NCBI GenBank assembly: GCA_036785375.1
Contig: JAWMAR010000489.1
Coordinates: 1,240,001 to 1,304,000 of the forward strand
Direction: 5' to 3'
DNA: 64,000 nt
Source of the DNA: Leucoraja ocellata
Taxonomy: Eukaryota
Below are positions 23,940 to 36,409 of this stretch, one piece after another (position 1 is the first letter of the stretch; each line of letters starts with the position of its first letter). A program made the position numbers and the translations under genes. Below the pieces are notes generated by a model. It had not been told where the DNA came from. It was given only the letters and a program-made list of their open reading frames with translations, and did not search any database.

Positions 23940-26085
23940 GAGCAGCCATCCTCAGCGGAAACATGGGAGACGAGCTGGAGTACAGGTGAGATTGAAACAA
24001 TGAGGTTTCAAGTGCTCCCTCTCCAGCATTCTGCTGGTAAATGTACAGGCTACCTCGAACAAACTGGTTGGACTTAAAGCTAGACTTGTGTAAGAAGGAA
24101 CTGCAGATGCTGGTTTAAACCAAAGATAGACACAAAAAACAGGAGTAACTCAGCGGGACAGGCAGCATCTCTGGAGAGATGGAATGGGTAATGTTTCAGG
24201 TCGAGACTGAAGAAGGGTCTCAACCTGAAATGTCACCCATTTCTTCTCTCCAGAGATGCTGCCTGTCCCACCCGCTGAGTTACTCCAGCTTTTGTGTTTA
24301 AAGCTAGACTTATCCACCTTAGAGGGACTGCTGTATGCTCTGTGCTCACTCTTCCTCACCCAACAGTGCCATTCAATCAGAGGGCTTCTCGCTACACCAG
24401 ATGGACTGCAGAGCATCTTCGGGTAAGGTTAGGGTACTTTATAATTAACTCCACATGATGCTCAGACGTGTTGGTCCCGACGAGCTCCTGCTTCCCAGAA
24501 TTGGAATATGGTAGTGGTGTTGTTTTCCCTACCACCTGCCATGGAAATGCCCTTGGGCTGTCCTGACAACAGTCCACATTCCACTCCAGGATGATGCTAA
24601 GCTTGCACTTGAGGTACTACACACCATCGCCAATAGCCTTGAAATCAAGTGCCCTGAGGCCCCGGTCATAATAACCAGGGACTCAAATCAGGCCAACCTC
24701 GGGTATGTCCTGCCAAAATAATATCAGCACGTCTCCTGCTCAATCAGAGATCTAAACATCCTCATCCACCGTTACACAACCATCAGGAACACATGCTGCT
24801 GCAATCCCACTTTGGTAAATGTGATCACTGGCCTGCGCTTTTACTCCCTGTTTACAAACAGTAACTGAAGCGGGAGAATCCGGTTCAGAAAGTCGTACAG
24901 TTTTGGTCCGAGGAAACAGATGAGATACTTTGTGACTGCCACGAGTCGGAGGACTGATCCTTATTCAAGGACTCAGCAGCTGAGCAGGATGAATGAACCT
25001 GCTGTCACAGACGTCATCAACAAGTGTGTAAAGGACCGTGTACCAAAGACGACAATACATGTTTCCCAACTGGAAACGATGAATGAACCAAGTTACACTC
25101 CCAGGTGAAGTCGAAGTCTGCAGCATTCAAGTCAAACAATCCCGAGCAGTACAAGAAATCCATAATGACCTTAACACACCTATTAAGGATGCAGAGGGGA
25201 AATTGTGGGCCAAAGCAATGATCTGGACACCCACAGATTGTGACAGGGTAACGGCGAGCATCATTGGCGACAACTGATTGCTCCCAATGAACTCAATGCA
25301 GCTACTCTCGCTTTCAACAGAAGGCTGGTGGGGGAGGACGTCACCCACCCTGCCAGTTTCGGGTGCACCCGTACCAACAGTTACCCATGGCAGATGCGAG
25401 GTTGGCCTTGCCGAGTTAATCCGTGGGCCCGGCTGGAGTCCCTGACCCTGGCCTCATGACTTGGTGTGGATCAACTGGCAGAGGTATTCACAGACATCTT
25501 TAACCTCTCACTGCTCCATTCAGAGGTGCCAACCTGCTTCAAGAAGACCACTATCATTCCAGTAGCAAAGAAAAGTGAGGTAGCATGTCTGAATGACTAC
25601 CATACAATGGCTTTGATATCCACCATTATTTACCCTCAAAGTGATGGTGCACATTAACCCCAGCCTCCCAGCCTGCCTTGATCAACCCGCAGTTTACTTA
25701 CAGTCACAAAGTGTCCGCAGCAGACATCATCTTCCTGGTTCTAAATGACCCCAGTCATTTCTCCTTCTCCCTGCTCCCATCTGGCAGACAATACAGAAGC
25801 TTAAAGCATTCACCCCCAGAGTGAGGAACAGCTTCTTCCATTTTGTTATCAGCTTTTGAATGATTCTTTCATAAGCCAGAGTACTGTCAAATTCATCTCT
25901 ACGCCATTATGGACAATGGACATTGTCTGCGGAACTGATGGACCACAATGCTAAGAACATTCTACTCATTGTGCTTGAGTTTGACTTAAATGTATTTATG
26001 TTTGGATTACCAGATTTATTTTTGGATAGTAAGTGAAACAAAGCTTTTCACTGTACTTCGTGCCCATGACATGAACTGAACCTAA
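23940..26085 (+). mobile_element. degraded Rex1/Babar-like LINE (APE endonuclease and RT remnants)
   Basis: Remnants PSILLVNVQ; [35 protein letters not shown] (ORF 25466..25657); SGRQYRSL C-terminal motif; interrupted by a hammerhead repeat. Confidence 0.8.
24088..24297. mobile_element. palindromic Penelope-derived hammerhead repeat nested in the LINE, 14-bp TSD
   Basis: TTAAAGCTAGACTT at 24074-24087 and 24298-24311; inversion point near 24205. Confidence 0.87.
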
Positions 26086-26638
26086 ATCGATCAAGATTGC
26101 TGAATCAGATTAGTCCAAACTCAACTGGGACATCCAAACAACTAATTAGCACCACTAAATCTATATCTGTGGCAAAAAGATCTAAATGATATTATCAATT
26201 ATTGTATCAAGAGAACAGTACAACCAAGAGGAATACAACTTTTTGGAATGTTGAAGGAGAGGAATGGCTGAATTACTACACAGTATTCATTTTTTTTGCA
26301 GATTAGCACCAATATCCTCCAAAGAGGGAACAATAAAACAGTGTACGGTTTGACCCAACAAGCCAATAAGTAGCAGTGCAACGTGGACGAGAAGAAAGGT
26401 CAAATGTTATATTTCACAGAGATCATTCACTAATTATATATATTATTTAGATGCACAGCAAAATGAAAATATTAATAAGGTAACAAGAGCAGATGCCTGA
26501 AGACACTTAGGATGATGAATGAACATTTAGAATGCAGTAGAGTTGAGATCTGATTTAATGTTTCAAGGATATCAGAAGCTATACAACTAATAATGATTGC
26601 AATTTAACTATGGGTCTATTGCCTAAATAGTAACTTAC

Positions 26639-26780
26639 TGAAGTCAGCAGGTTCTGTGTTCCCTCAATGTCTTCATTGGCTTGTTTGATGGCTTTTGTTG
26701 CTGAATTTTGTGCCCTTTCAGCTTCATTCAAAGCCACCTTTACACGATCAGCTGTGACTTTAAGATCTGTTGCATGAATT
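26639..26780 (-). CDS. LAMB1: LAMB1 exon (IHATDLKVTADRVKVALNEAERAQNSATKAIKQANEDIEGTQNLLTS)
   Basis: ttgcag acceptor, gtaagt donor; KAIKQAxEDIxGTQNLLTS as in LAMB1. Confidence 0.94.
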
Positions 26781-26826
26781 CTGCAAGGGGCAAGGTTTAG
26801 GGAGACATCATGTTTAAAACATAAAT

Positions 26827-27723
26827 CATTGTATTGTATTCAATTTATTGTCATTGTCTCAGTTTGAGACAACGAAATGAATTTTCCTTACAGGCAGTAT
26901 CATTAAAAAAAATCACAAAGAAATTATAAAAATAAATAATAAATAAATAATAAAACATATTAAAAATAAAATTGAAATTGAATTAAAATTTTAAAAAAAG
27001 CACAAATACAGAAGTCCACGACACAACATAACATAAATGGCACCCAGGTGAGGACGGCACCATAGTCCAGCCAGCCTCCCCTCCGTGTTCATCCGTGGAC
27101 GGGGCCTTCCAAGCACCCGCAGTCGCCGCCCCGGGTGGCCCGATGTTCAGGCCCTCACGCCGGGCCGGTGGAACGCCGACGCCGAACCCCGACGGTGAGC
27201 AGCCTCCTCCTCAGCGGCCCGGACCTCCTGATCAGCCGCCTCCCGCTGCCGGAGTCTGCAGCTCCCGAGTCCGCAGGTCGAGCCGGGCAGAGTCACAGGA
27301 CCCCGCGTTGATTAGTCAGCGCCGCCCGCGTTGGGAGCTCTGCAAACCGCAGCTCCGTGATGTTGGTGCAGCAGGTCCAGCACTCCGGGCTCCAAACGGC
27401 GACCCCCGGTAAGGCATCACCAGCCCCGCGATGTTCCAGCGCTGTCCCGCCGCTGCTGGAGCTCCGGTCGATCCCGGCAGGAAAGGCCGCGCCAATCCAG
27501 GTAGGTAGGCCGCTGTGGGGGGGGGGGGGGGAGGACGCAACTCGAATAATAGTCGCGTCCTCACCAGGAAGCGGCTGAAGGACGGTATCCCCCGCACCGT
27601 GCCCTCTTCCCCCACATAAAAACACCAAAAAAACACAAAAAAACACACTTTTACATAACTAAATAAATAAAAAAACAAAAAGATACCGGGCTGTAGGTGG
27701 AGGCTGCTGGCACCAGCGCCACC
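26827..27723 (-). mobile_element. GC-rich non-coding retroelement with Rex-like 3' tail
   Basis: Starts GGTGGCGCTGG..GCAGCCTCCACCTAC on - strand; ends ATGACAATAAATTGAATACAATACAAT; CpG-rich body. Confidence 0.65.
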
Positions 27724-28011
27724 GGAAGTACAATGGGGAATGGGGAAGTAAATGGGGAACGTCAAACAACATGCCAGGCTACCAGGAGTTTATAGTGTGG
27801 ATATTATGAATATTACTGGAAACTGAGTTTTAAATGACAGGTGGCAGCAACAATAAAAATTAGAATTGATATATAACAATATTAATCTGCATTTAGAAGA
27901 CTTTATTGCCTTTGAGTATCATTAACATACTTAAAATGAGCAAACAGGCAGAAAATATTAATTTTAAGTAAATCTTCAGAGACATAGCTGGTAGATGAAG
28001 CAGCACATTAC

Positions 28012-28219
28012 CTGGATTTCCTGGCCTCATCCAGTAGCATTTCTGCTCGTTCAATGTCTGCTGCACTCTGGTTTAGGATTATCTCCACATCTGACAGACT
28101 CTCTACCCGGACACGAATGTCATTGGTCAGATTCTGCAGCTGCTCAGGAGTAGTTGGCATTTCTAGTTTCAATACTTCATTGGCAACTGCTTCAATGCTC
28201 TCCAAGTCAGCACCATCCT
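28012..28219 (-). CDS. LAMB1: LAMB1 exon (DGADLESIEAVANEVLKLEMPTTPEQLQNLTNDIRVRVESLSDVEIILNQSAADIERAEMLLDEARKS)
   Basis: catgtag acceptor, gtaatg donor; ORF 28008..28205. Confidence 0.95.
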
Positions 28220-28594
28220 CTACATGAGAAGCAAAATAAAGCTGTTGAAATACTTTCAGATTAAGTGATTAATGTTCCAACGTAAAATGGTGTGTGATGC
28301 ACAGCCACAGAAAAATAAAATAACCCAAAATATAATAGATAATTCCAAATTGATCACACAGGACATCACTGAGAAAAGACCAAATTACTGCTTTTTGTGG
28401 CTGATTTTGAGTAAACTGCAATTGATCTGTATTGTGAAAAGTACATTTACTTGCTAGATTTCAACAGAATTACTACACTAATAGAAGTTTGATTGAAAAT
28501 GCTGCAAAGGAATTTGCCACAAAGAGTTTCGTAATGTAAACTTTCATGTAAATATATTTATTTATTGCTCATATTCTACGTCGCTCTTCTAGGA

Positions 28595-28666
28595 AGATGC
28601 TAACTGCATTTCGTTGTCTCTGTACTGTACACTGCACAATGACAATAAAGTTTGAATCTGAATCTG
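28595..28666 (+). mobile_element. very short LINE 3' tail insertion
   Basis: gatgctaactgcatttcgttgtctctgtactgtacactg...aataaagtttgaatctgaatctg; reverse copy at about 52994-53080. Confidence 0.7.
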
Positions 28667-29319
28667 TATGCATCTCTCTTGGGAGTTCTCATCTGTACTC
28701 GGATGTCATGATCGATTTTCTAAATATATAAAGTTATTAGTCCAAATCTTGTTCTATTATCTTACTAACTAAGAATTCAGCTTGAATGTTGACTGTTTCT
28801 GTCTAATGGGCACAGAAGAAACACTATATGAATGTGTCAGAAATATCCAAGTGGTTACAGTCCGTTTCCAACATGCTGTGTTAGTACAACTAAATAACAG
28901 CATCACCACAGCATTGTATATTCTCCTGTGTCGATGGGAGTTTTCTCAAGATAAACAGGCTTGTAGATTAATGATCAGTGTGATTTGTCCCTAGTAAGAT
29001 CTAGGAACTGGGAGAGGAGGGCTTGGGTAATTGGAGGTAGAATGCAAGATGTTCCGGGGAAAATTAATGGGGAAATGGGTCTGCTCTGTGAAATGTCATA
29101 GACTCAATATGCAGAAATGCCTGCCTGTGTCATAAGGAAATATGGGAAAATACAATCCATTAATTTTAAAACAAATCTTTTATAAGAGAAGACTAACTCT
29201 AGAAATATAGTTGATTCAACTATATTATAGATCATCAGCTCAAATTGAAAGTTTTTCTTGTTCGGTCTCTTGGCTGTCAGAACATGCAATAGATAAGTTA
29301 GCAAAAAGAGAAAAAGAGC

Positions 29320-29745
29320 AGCAGCGGTTCAGGCTGGCTTTATACTATAAAAATTATGTGCGTTTGATGGCACTGGGCGACTACTCGTTGGAGTTTGGAA
29401 GGATGAGAGGGACCCTCATTGAAACCTACTGAACAGTGAAAGACCTGGATTGAGTGGACGCGGAGAGGATATTTCCACCAGTGGGAGAGTCTAGGACCAG
29501 AGGACATAGCCTCAGAATGAAAGGACAGTTTTTTAGGAAGGAGATGAGGAATTTCTTCAGTCAGAGGGTGGTGAATCTGTGGAATTCATTTCAGCAGAAA
29601 GCTGTGGAGGTCAAGTAAATGGATATTTTTACGGCAGAGATAGATTCTTGATTAGTATGGGTGTCTGGGGTTATGGAAAGAAGGCAGGAGAATGGGGTTA
29701 AAAGGGAATGGACTAATTCAGCTCCTCCTATCATTTATGAACATG
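29320..29745 (+). mobile_element. CR1 LINE 3' fragment
   Basis: YSLEFGRMRG, RTRGHSLR, ttcttcagtcagagggtggtgaatctgtggaattc. Confidence 0.8.
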
Positions 29746-30022
29746 AAAAATACACTTATGAACATTGAAATGAGCTTGATCAAATGGGTGTGTTGTGGAC
29801 ACATGGAACTGCAGATGCTGGCTTACAAAGTGTACTGCTGGATTGACCCTTCTGGAGCAGTGGCAATACAGCAGCAGGTGATGTAGACATCAAACTCAGA
29901 ACATTTGGGACCCCATGATCATTTGGCTCATTCCTTATCTGGTTATGAGGGCACCGACTTTAAATAATCATGCCTAGATAAATGCAAGATAACATTAAAA
30001 ACGGATTCATTTCAATACTTAC

Positions 30023-30167
30023 GTGTAAGAAATTCTCTGATTTGTTTGATTAGATTTCTCAAATCTTCATTGCTCTTATCCACTTTTTCTTTTGTTGCAT
30101 TTGTTTTTAACAGTACTTTTTGTGCATTTAGCTTAGCCTCATCTGCTTTCACTTTTGCATCAGTGAC
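30023..30167 (-). CDS. LAMB1: LAMB1 exon (VTDAKVKADEAKLNAQKVLLKTNATKEKVDKSNEDLRNLIKQIREFLT)
   Basis: ctgcag acceptor, gtaagt donor; ORF 30012..30254. Confidence 0.95.
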
Positions 30168-31527
30168 CTGCAGGGATATAAAATTACCACCTATTAATGC
30201 TCCACGTATTATCCGTAAACAGTTAATGAAACCTGTTAAATTGCAGCCACACAAAAATTGTGACAGACTTGCAACTTATAAATGGATAACAACAAAAAAT
30301 ACTTTCCTTGGCAATTGACCAGTATCTAAACTTTGTATTATTTTATAAAAATGACAACAAAATATACTTGGATTACTTCTAACATGACAAAAAGGCTGTT
30401 TAATTCAAGCAAAGAATGCAATTAGAAACTGCATCATCCCTTAGTCTCTTTGTAGACCTATTCCACCTTAATCAGCATGTGCTCTTATTGCCAAGTACTG
30501 CAGCCAACTGTTTGCCGACTTTGTTCTCTTTAATTTCTTATGTTTCCTATAATTTTCAATGTGTTTGAAGGAAATGGCTTCCAAACACTGTCCGCTGTCA
30601 TATCCAGCAGCACATTTCAGCCAAAGTACTTTTGAAACAGTTCCAGAAGAAAACGCAAAACCTAATTTGCATGCAACAAACAGCAATTGCGATAAAATGT
30701 TTTAGATTTCCACCAACAGCTCCCGCCAATACCAATGGCACTAAAATGTTTTAGACACTTGCTTCAAGAATCAACCCATATCTGAATGCTAGGAGCAACT
30801 CCTCTGCTTTTCTCTGAACTAGTAATATGGAATGCTTTTATGCAGGGTGGAAGTGCAGAAAGGGGCTTTGATTAATGTCTCATCCAATATGTAATCTCTC
30901 TGACAGTGCTGCATTCCAGTCAAAAAGGACGGGAATATCAGCCGAGATTTTGCTGCTCAAATCTCAGGTGGGTCTAATACCTGGCATCCTTTGACTCACT
31001 GGGCAGATTGTTGTTTGCCACAGATACTAACTGATGAGTGGAAAGATCAGTTATAACCACACCCTCTCACCAATGGATGCATAAACTCAATGTACTAATT
31101 GTCCTTGCTTCCTGTCCTGGCCCCGTGGACCAGCTTTGCTATCGTTCATCCTTTGCTTAATGATAAACACAGATTTCTGGTTCAGTCAATTGTAAAATTT
31201 ATACCATTGCTTTCAAACTCTCCCCATCTTCAGCTGAAACATTCAAATTTTTAAGCTTCTCCAAATCTGGCTTCCTACACATTTGCAGTTTTTTTATGTC
31301 AACCATTTGTGAGCATGTATTTCTCTCTGGTTTATGTTCTAAAGTTACCCTTCAAAAGTCTGCCTTTCCCCCATTTTAAGGCTGAAACTCCTTAGCAATC
31401 CCATTGAACAATTTTTAGTTTTTGATTCCCAACATCTTTGTATCTCGGCATCAAATTTTGTTTGCTAAAGCCTTTGAAATAGATACAAATATTTTACATG
31501 TCAGAGATTGTTGTTGTTGAGGTAGCT

Positions 31528-31810
31528 TTAGATTTTAGAGATACAGCGTGGGAACGGACCCTTCAGTCAACCGAGTCCGTGCCAACCAACAATCACCCAT
31601 ACACTAGTTCTATTCTACACTCTAGAGAGAATTTACATAAGCCAATTAACCTACACGTTTGTGGATTGTGGGAGATAACTGGAGCACCCGGAGGAAACCC
31701 ATGCATTCACAGGGAGAATGTACAAACTCCATATAGACTGCACCCATAGTCAGGATCAAACTCAGGTCTCTGGTGCTCTTGAGGCAGCAACTCTACTACT
31801 GTGTCACCCC
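31528..31810 (-). mobile_element. V-SINE (HE1-like tRNA-derived SINE)
   Basis: V-domain ggagcacccggaggaaacccatgc..acagggagaatgtacaaactcc and tRNA-like head at the right end. Confidence 0.8.
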
Positions 31811-32568
31811 TAAATCCCACTGCATTGCAGAGGTAATCCCACTGGAATGAGTTGTCGAGCTAAACCTGCCCAAAGCACTCAGATGTTTAATGCAGTATAA
31901 ATAGTACTTCTGTTCTGGCCATCTGTGGGAATTGAGAAGCTTATTATCTTTTATCAGATTCTATTGAAAGGTCAGTTGTCCAATAGTGACTGGATCTTCC
32001 CACCAAATTTGCAGGACTCCCCACCCCTCTGAGTATTTCTAACATTTTATTTTTTTTATTTCAAATCTCTTGGATCTGTATTGCATTGCTTCTGTATTAA
32101 AAACATCACCCATCATAGAGACAGTGAGTTCCCGAATTACTGAAAGTTTTCATATATAAAGTTTGTCATTGTATTAAAATTGAATTGCACAATAATGGAA
32201 GTTCATACAAAAATGAATCAAAACAATCCAGTTATTTATACCAAAGGCAAATTAATTATTACTCCTCTTGGTCAAATCTCACAGAAAGTTTATGTTGTAT
32301 AATGCAGATAACTGCAAGAGATTCATGTTTTTGTACGTGATGCACAAATTAAGTATTATCTTATTCCAAACTTTCTGCAGAATGGTGTTGGTGGCCTTGA
32401 TTTTGGAATCAGTACCAACTAGCGTGTTGGCAAATGCTATCTTACTGACTGCTGTGGCAGGATTTGCAGCCAAAAGGGTTTGTGTTTTTGGAGTGGCAAA
32501 ACAAAGCTACAACTTACTTTAAAAATTAATTTTATTTCTTTCAACTATGTCTCTGAAAAGGAACATAC

Positions 32569-32772
32569 CATTTTGGAGAGCTGATCCACTTCTGCCAGAG
32601 CGTTGAGGATATCTGTATCAAAATCCATAGAATTCTGCCATGCGTTGTGTGCTAAAGTTACGAGTCCATCACAGCCTGGTCCTCCACACTTCCTAGTTTT
32701 GTCATCAGCTCGACAATTTGGACCTCCGCACTTTGCCTCATCACAAGGTATACCGGCAGGACTCCCGCAAAC
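32569..32772 (-). CDS. LAMB1: LAMB1 exon, Lbeta knob (VCGSPAGIPCDEAKCGGPNCRADDKTRKCGGPGCDGLVTLAHNAWQNSMDFDTDILNALAEVDQLSKM)
   Basis: gtccag acceptor, gtatgt donor; CGGPNC...CGGPGC is the beta-chain knob motif. Confidence 0.96.
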
Positions 32773-33138
32773 CTGGACAAGCACACAAGTATTGTTTAAA
32801 CAAATTAGGTTTTGCACAACGCATTTTCCTTTAATCAAGAAAGGTTGGAGTGATTTAAAGGAAGATTTATAAAATTAGGATCGAGAGTGTAAATAGGTAA
32901 ATTTCACATTCACAATATTGAAAGGTTAAACCACAATTTAGATGGAGTGCATCCATTTTGAACGTTATAATTAAGAATCAGCATTAACTGGCAAATGTGC
33001 ATTTCTATCACTGAAAATGTCTACACATCTTTTTTCAGTGCATCACTGGAAATGGTTGGTTAGAGCAGAACATAGAAATTCCTCTAATGCTTTATAATGT
33101 TAAAATTAGCCATGAAGGTGTAGAAACAAAAACTGTAC

Positions 33139-33380
33139 CTTTTCACTTAATGGTGAAAGGTCCAGGCTCTCCAATTTATCCGCCAATTCTTCCAGGCTCT
33201 GTGAATGTTCCTTTTGCTGTTCCCCAAACTGACCCTCTCTCTCTGTAATCATTTCATCCACCTTTTCTCGAATGGTGGAAGATTCCAGCAGTGTATTGTC
33301 AGGATCGGTGGTGGAAGCATTAACTTTTTCCTCAGCCTCTACAGATTGCTTATAGTATTTCTGCACACTGTCCAAGGCGC
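33139..33380 (-). CDS. LAMB1: LAMB1 exon (GALDSVQKYYKQSVEAEEKVNASTTDPD...LESLDLSPLSEK)
   Basis: ttatag acceptor, gtacag donor; ORF 33106..33414. Confidence 0.95.
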
Positions 33381-33471
33381 CTATAATTGTAAAGATTAGA
33401 AAATACCAAATCATACTTTGTCTTTAGTACTATAAAAATGAATTCTGCAGAACAGAAAATATGGTCTGTTA

Positions 33472-33560
33472 TACAGAAAAGCTGGAGAAACTCAGCGGGT
33501 GCAGCAGCATCTATGGAGCGAAGGAAATAGGCAACGTTTCGGGCCGAAACCCTTCTTCAG
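33472..33560 (-). mobile_element. Penelope-derived repeat with intact minimal hammerhead core on the - strand
   Basis: - strand reads CTGAAGAAGGGTTTCGGCCCGAAACGTTGCC. Confidence 0.8.
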
Positions 33561-33744
33561 TTTACTGTTTATAAATGATATATCTAACCTTAATGATTTA
33601 GGACCATGGAAAATAAACTTTTTGCACTGGTAAAGTCAACTATAGCAGTGTGACCCAATATAGAAATTAACACCGTGAAACTGAAATACTTAGAACAAAT
33701 TATGGCTTTTACATCGACAACATGGAGAATTGTTTAGATATAAT

Positions 33745-34625
33745 AGTCATGGAATCTTACAGCATGGCAACAGGCCCTTTGGCCCAACTTACTCCCACTG
33801 GTCAACATGTCCCATGTACACTGGTCCCACCTGCCCGTGTTTGGCCCATATCCCTATAAACCTGTCCTATCCATGTACCTGTTTAAATGTTTCAGAAATG
33901 TTGTGATAGTACCCGTCTCAACTAACTGCCTCAACGATAGTACCTGCCTCAACAATAGCAGCCCGTTCCATACACACCCCACCGTTTGTGTGAAAAGGTT
34001 ATGGCTCGGGTTCCTATTAAATTATCCCCCCCACCTTAAAACTATGTCTTCTGGTTCTCGATTTCCTTACTGTGGGCAAGAAACTAGTCTCCTACTCTGG
34101 GCAAGAGACTGCTTCTACCCAATCTATTTGTCTCACGATTTTGTACTCATCCTCCTGTGCTCCAAGGAATAGAATCCTAACCTGCTCAACATCTCTCCAT
34201 AGCTCAGGCCCTCGAGTCCTGTCAACATACTCGTGAATCTTCTCTGCACCCTTTCCAGCTTGACAACATCTTTTCTATAAAATGGTGCCCAAGACTGAAC
34301 ACAATACTCTAAATGCAGCCTCAGCAATGCCTTATACAACTGCAACACGACCTAACTTCTATACTCAATGCTCTGATTGATGAAGACCAATGTGCCAAAA
34401 GCCTTTTTGACCACGCTATCTACCTGTGATGCCACTTTCAATAAAATATGTATCTGTACTCCTAGATCCCTCTGATCTACAACACTCCCCAGAGCACTAC
34501 CATTCACTGTTTAGGTTCTGCCCATGTCAGTTCCCAAACTACACCTCACATTTCTCTGTATTAAATTCCATCAACCATTCTTCAGCCCACTTGCCCAACT
34601 GATCAAGATCCTGCTGCAATTTTTA
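33745..34625 (-). mobile_element. CR1 LINE 3' fragment
   Basis: ORF 34133..34348 LYKALLRLHLEYCVQSWAPFYRKDVVKLERVQRRFT. Confidence 0.9.
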
Positions 34626-34827
34626 ACAATATGTTTATAAAAGCAGTTACATTTTTGAAATAATCTGAATATCTAAACATTCTTTAGAATGTTGCAATGT
34701 GCTTGGCATTTCTAAATTATACTCGCACCATTTGAAATTCAGGGCAAACCAACCACAGATGTGCAGGGCAGGTTACTTTTCATTTGAAGTTATATTACAA
34801 CTTCATTAAATAGAAATCTATACTTGC

Positions 34828-35012
34828 CGTGGATATCAGAGTTCTTAATGTATTCCAGTCGCTCTGCTAGCTCAGTTACAATAGCTTTCAAACCCTCAGT
34901 GTCACTCTGAAGATCATTTAGTTCTGTGGCAGTCACATTATTTTGGTCTTCTGTTGCTGCAAGATCTGATTCCATTGAATTCACCTTTTTTGCAAGATCA
35001 GCTACTTTCTTC
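34828..35012 (-). CDS. LAMB1: LAMB1 exon (KKVADLAKKVNSMESDLAATEDQNNVTATELNDLQSDTEGLKAIVTELAERLEYIKNSDIH), GC donor
   Basis: tttcag acceptor; donor G|GCAAGT gives the phase needed for NSDIH-GALDS; ORF 34790..34984. Confidence 0.9.
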
Positions 35013-35164
35013 CTGAAATATCAAGAGTTTGAGAGCTTAGTACCATTATTTCATTTAAGAATGGCATTTGTGAAAGCCCTTAATTCAACACTTTTAACTG
35101 GTGTTCATAGGAATTTGAACACCCTTGTACATGACCATTCACAAAAAGAGAGAGGTATGGATGT

Positions 35165-35348
35165 TTAAGAAAGAACTGCAGATGCTGGAATAATCGAAGG
35201 AAGACAAAATGCTGGAGAACATCCGCGGGTGAGGCAGCATCTATGGAGAGAAGGAATTGGCGATGTTTTGGACCCGAAACGTCGCCAATTCCTTCTCTCC
35301 ATAGATGCTGCCTCACCCGCGGAGTTTCGCCAGCATTTTTCGTCTACC
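35165..35348. mobile_element. palindromic Penelope-derived repeat with 14-bp TSD
   Basis: AGAGGTA(T/C)GGATGT at 35151-35164 and 35349-35362; ORFs on both strands begin with the same peptide MRQHLWREGIGDV, confirming the inverted repeat. Confidence 0.88.
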
Positions 35349-36409
35349 AGAGGTACGGATGTGCTGGACCAACGGGCTGGGCTTGTTTTTGTGCTGCATG
35401 CCTATGGGTCTGAGCAACCATCTAGGATGGTGAATTGTTCAGGGTATAAAAGAAAGTATTTTACAATTCCATTCAATTTCAACTATCTAGAACAAATCAG
35501 CTTACCAGGGGTTGAAGGTTAGACTACATTTAAAAGAGTTGGGTTGGCTAGGTGGTGTAAAATACCCAATATTCTTCCTTTGACCTATTATTTTTTTCAA
35601 CTACGGGTGGAAATAACCCGAGGAACTTGAGATGTTCTGCGATTTTAAAGAAATCCTGGAGCAACTCCAAACATGAGCCTCGATTGTTAAACCGAGCCTA
35701 AAAATGTTTGTAGAGCATGAAAATTACTTTACAGCTGCGTTGCAGATGGTTTCTTTCAATAAACATTTCCAGATTGAACAAACATGCTGCCAGACCACTA
35801 GTAGAACAAGCTAAGGCTAACATAATGAAACCAACAGAAAGAGGGCTGTTTATCAATTTAAATTAAAAATGTTGGCTGGCTCATGTTTTGTTTAATCCAA
35901 GCGATTCCCAAGACAACCTTTAAATTATCTTCTCTTAGGAGCATACAGTCAAAGAACAAATAGTACAATGGCCAGAAAAATAATCTCCATTACAGTTTTT
36001 TTAATGTACAATATAGTGATTTTAGAATAAATCCATGGGTGTTTGGATTCTTCAGTTAATTACATTTTAGTTTCACGTTAATTGATGCTAAATGGTCCCA
36101 AACATGTTCCTTCCTACTCATAGCAAACTTACTGACATTCGACCCACTCCACGTTGTAGAGAAAAAAAGTTCAAACAATAAATACACTATAGTATCAGGA
36201 AAAAACTTGCACAAGTCAACAACATCTCATTTGTACCTGTGAAAGACTGTGTTCAGGGAAAGGTGCACTGATAGGCTGGATCTTGCCAGTACAAAGAAGG
36301 TGGTGGTGTTAGATGTCTTGGAATGCACGAGTGGATAAACCCCCAGGACTAGATGAAGTCTACTCCAGTGTGCTATGAGAAGGGAGGAGATGACCCCCTT
36401 AGGTTGGCT

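Noticed and set aside
27095-27765. Overlapping Pro/Gly/Ala-rich ORFs on both strands; CpG-island-like promoter
   Set aside because: By-product of a GC-rich interspersed element with a LINE-like tail; no splice signals or protein homology.
31760-31810. tRNA gene
   Set aside because: Only a decayed tRNA-like head of a V-SINE; no complete cloverleaf.
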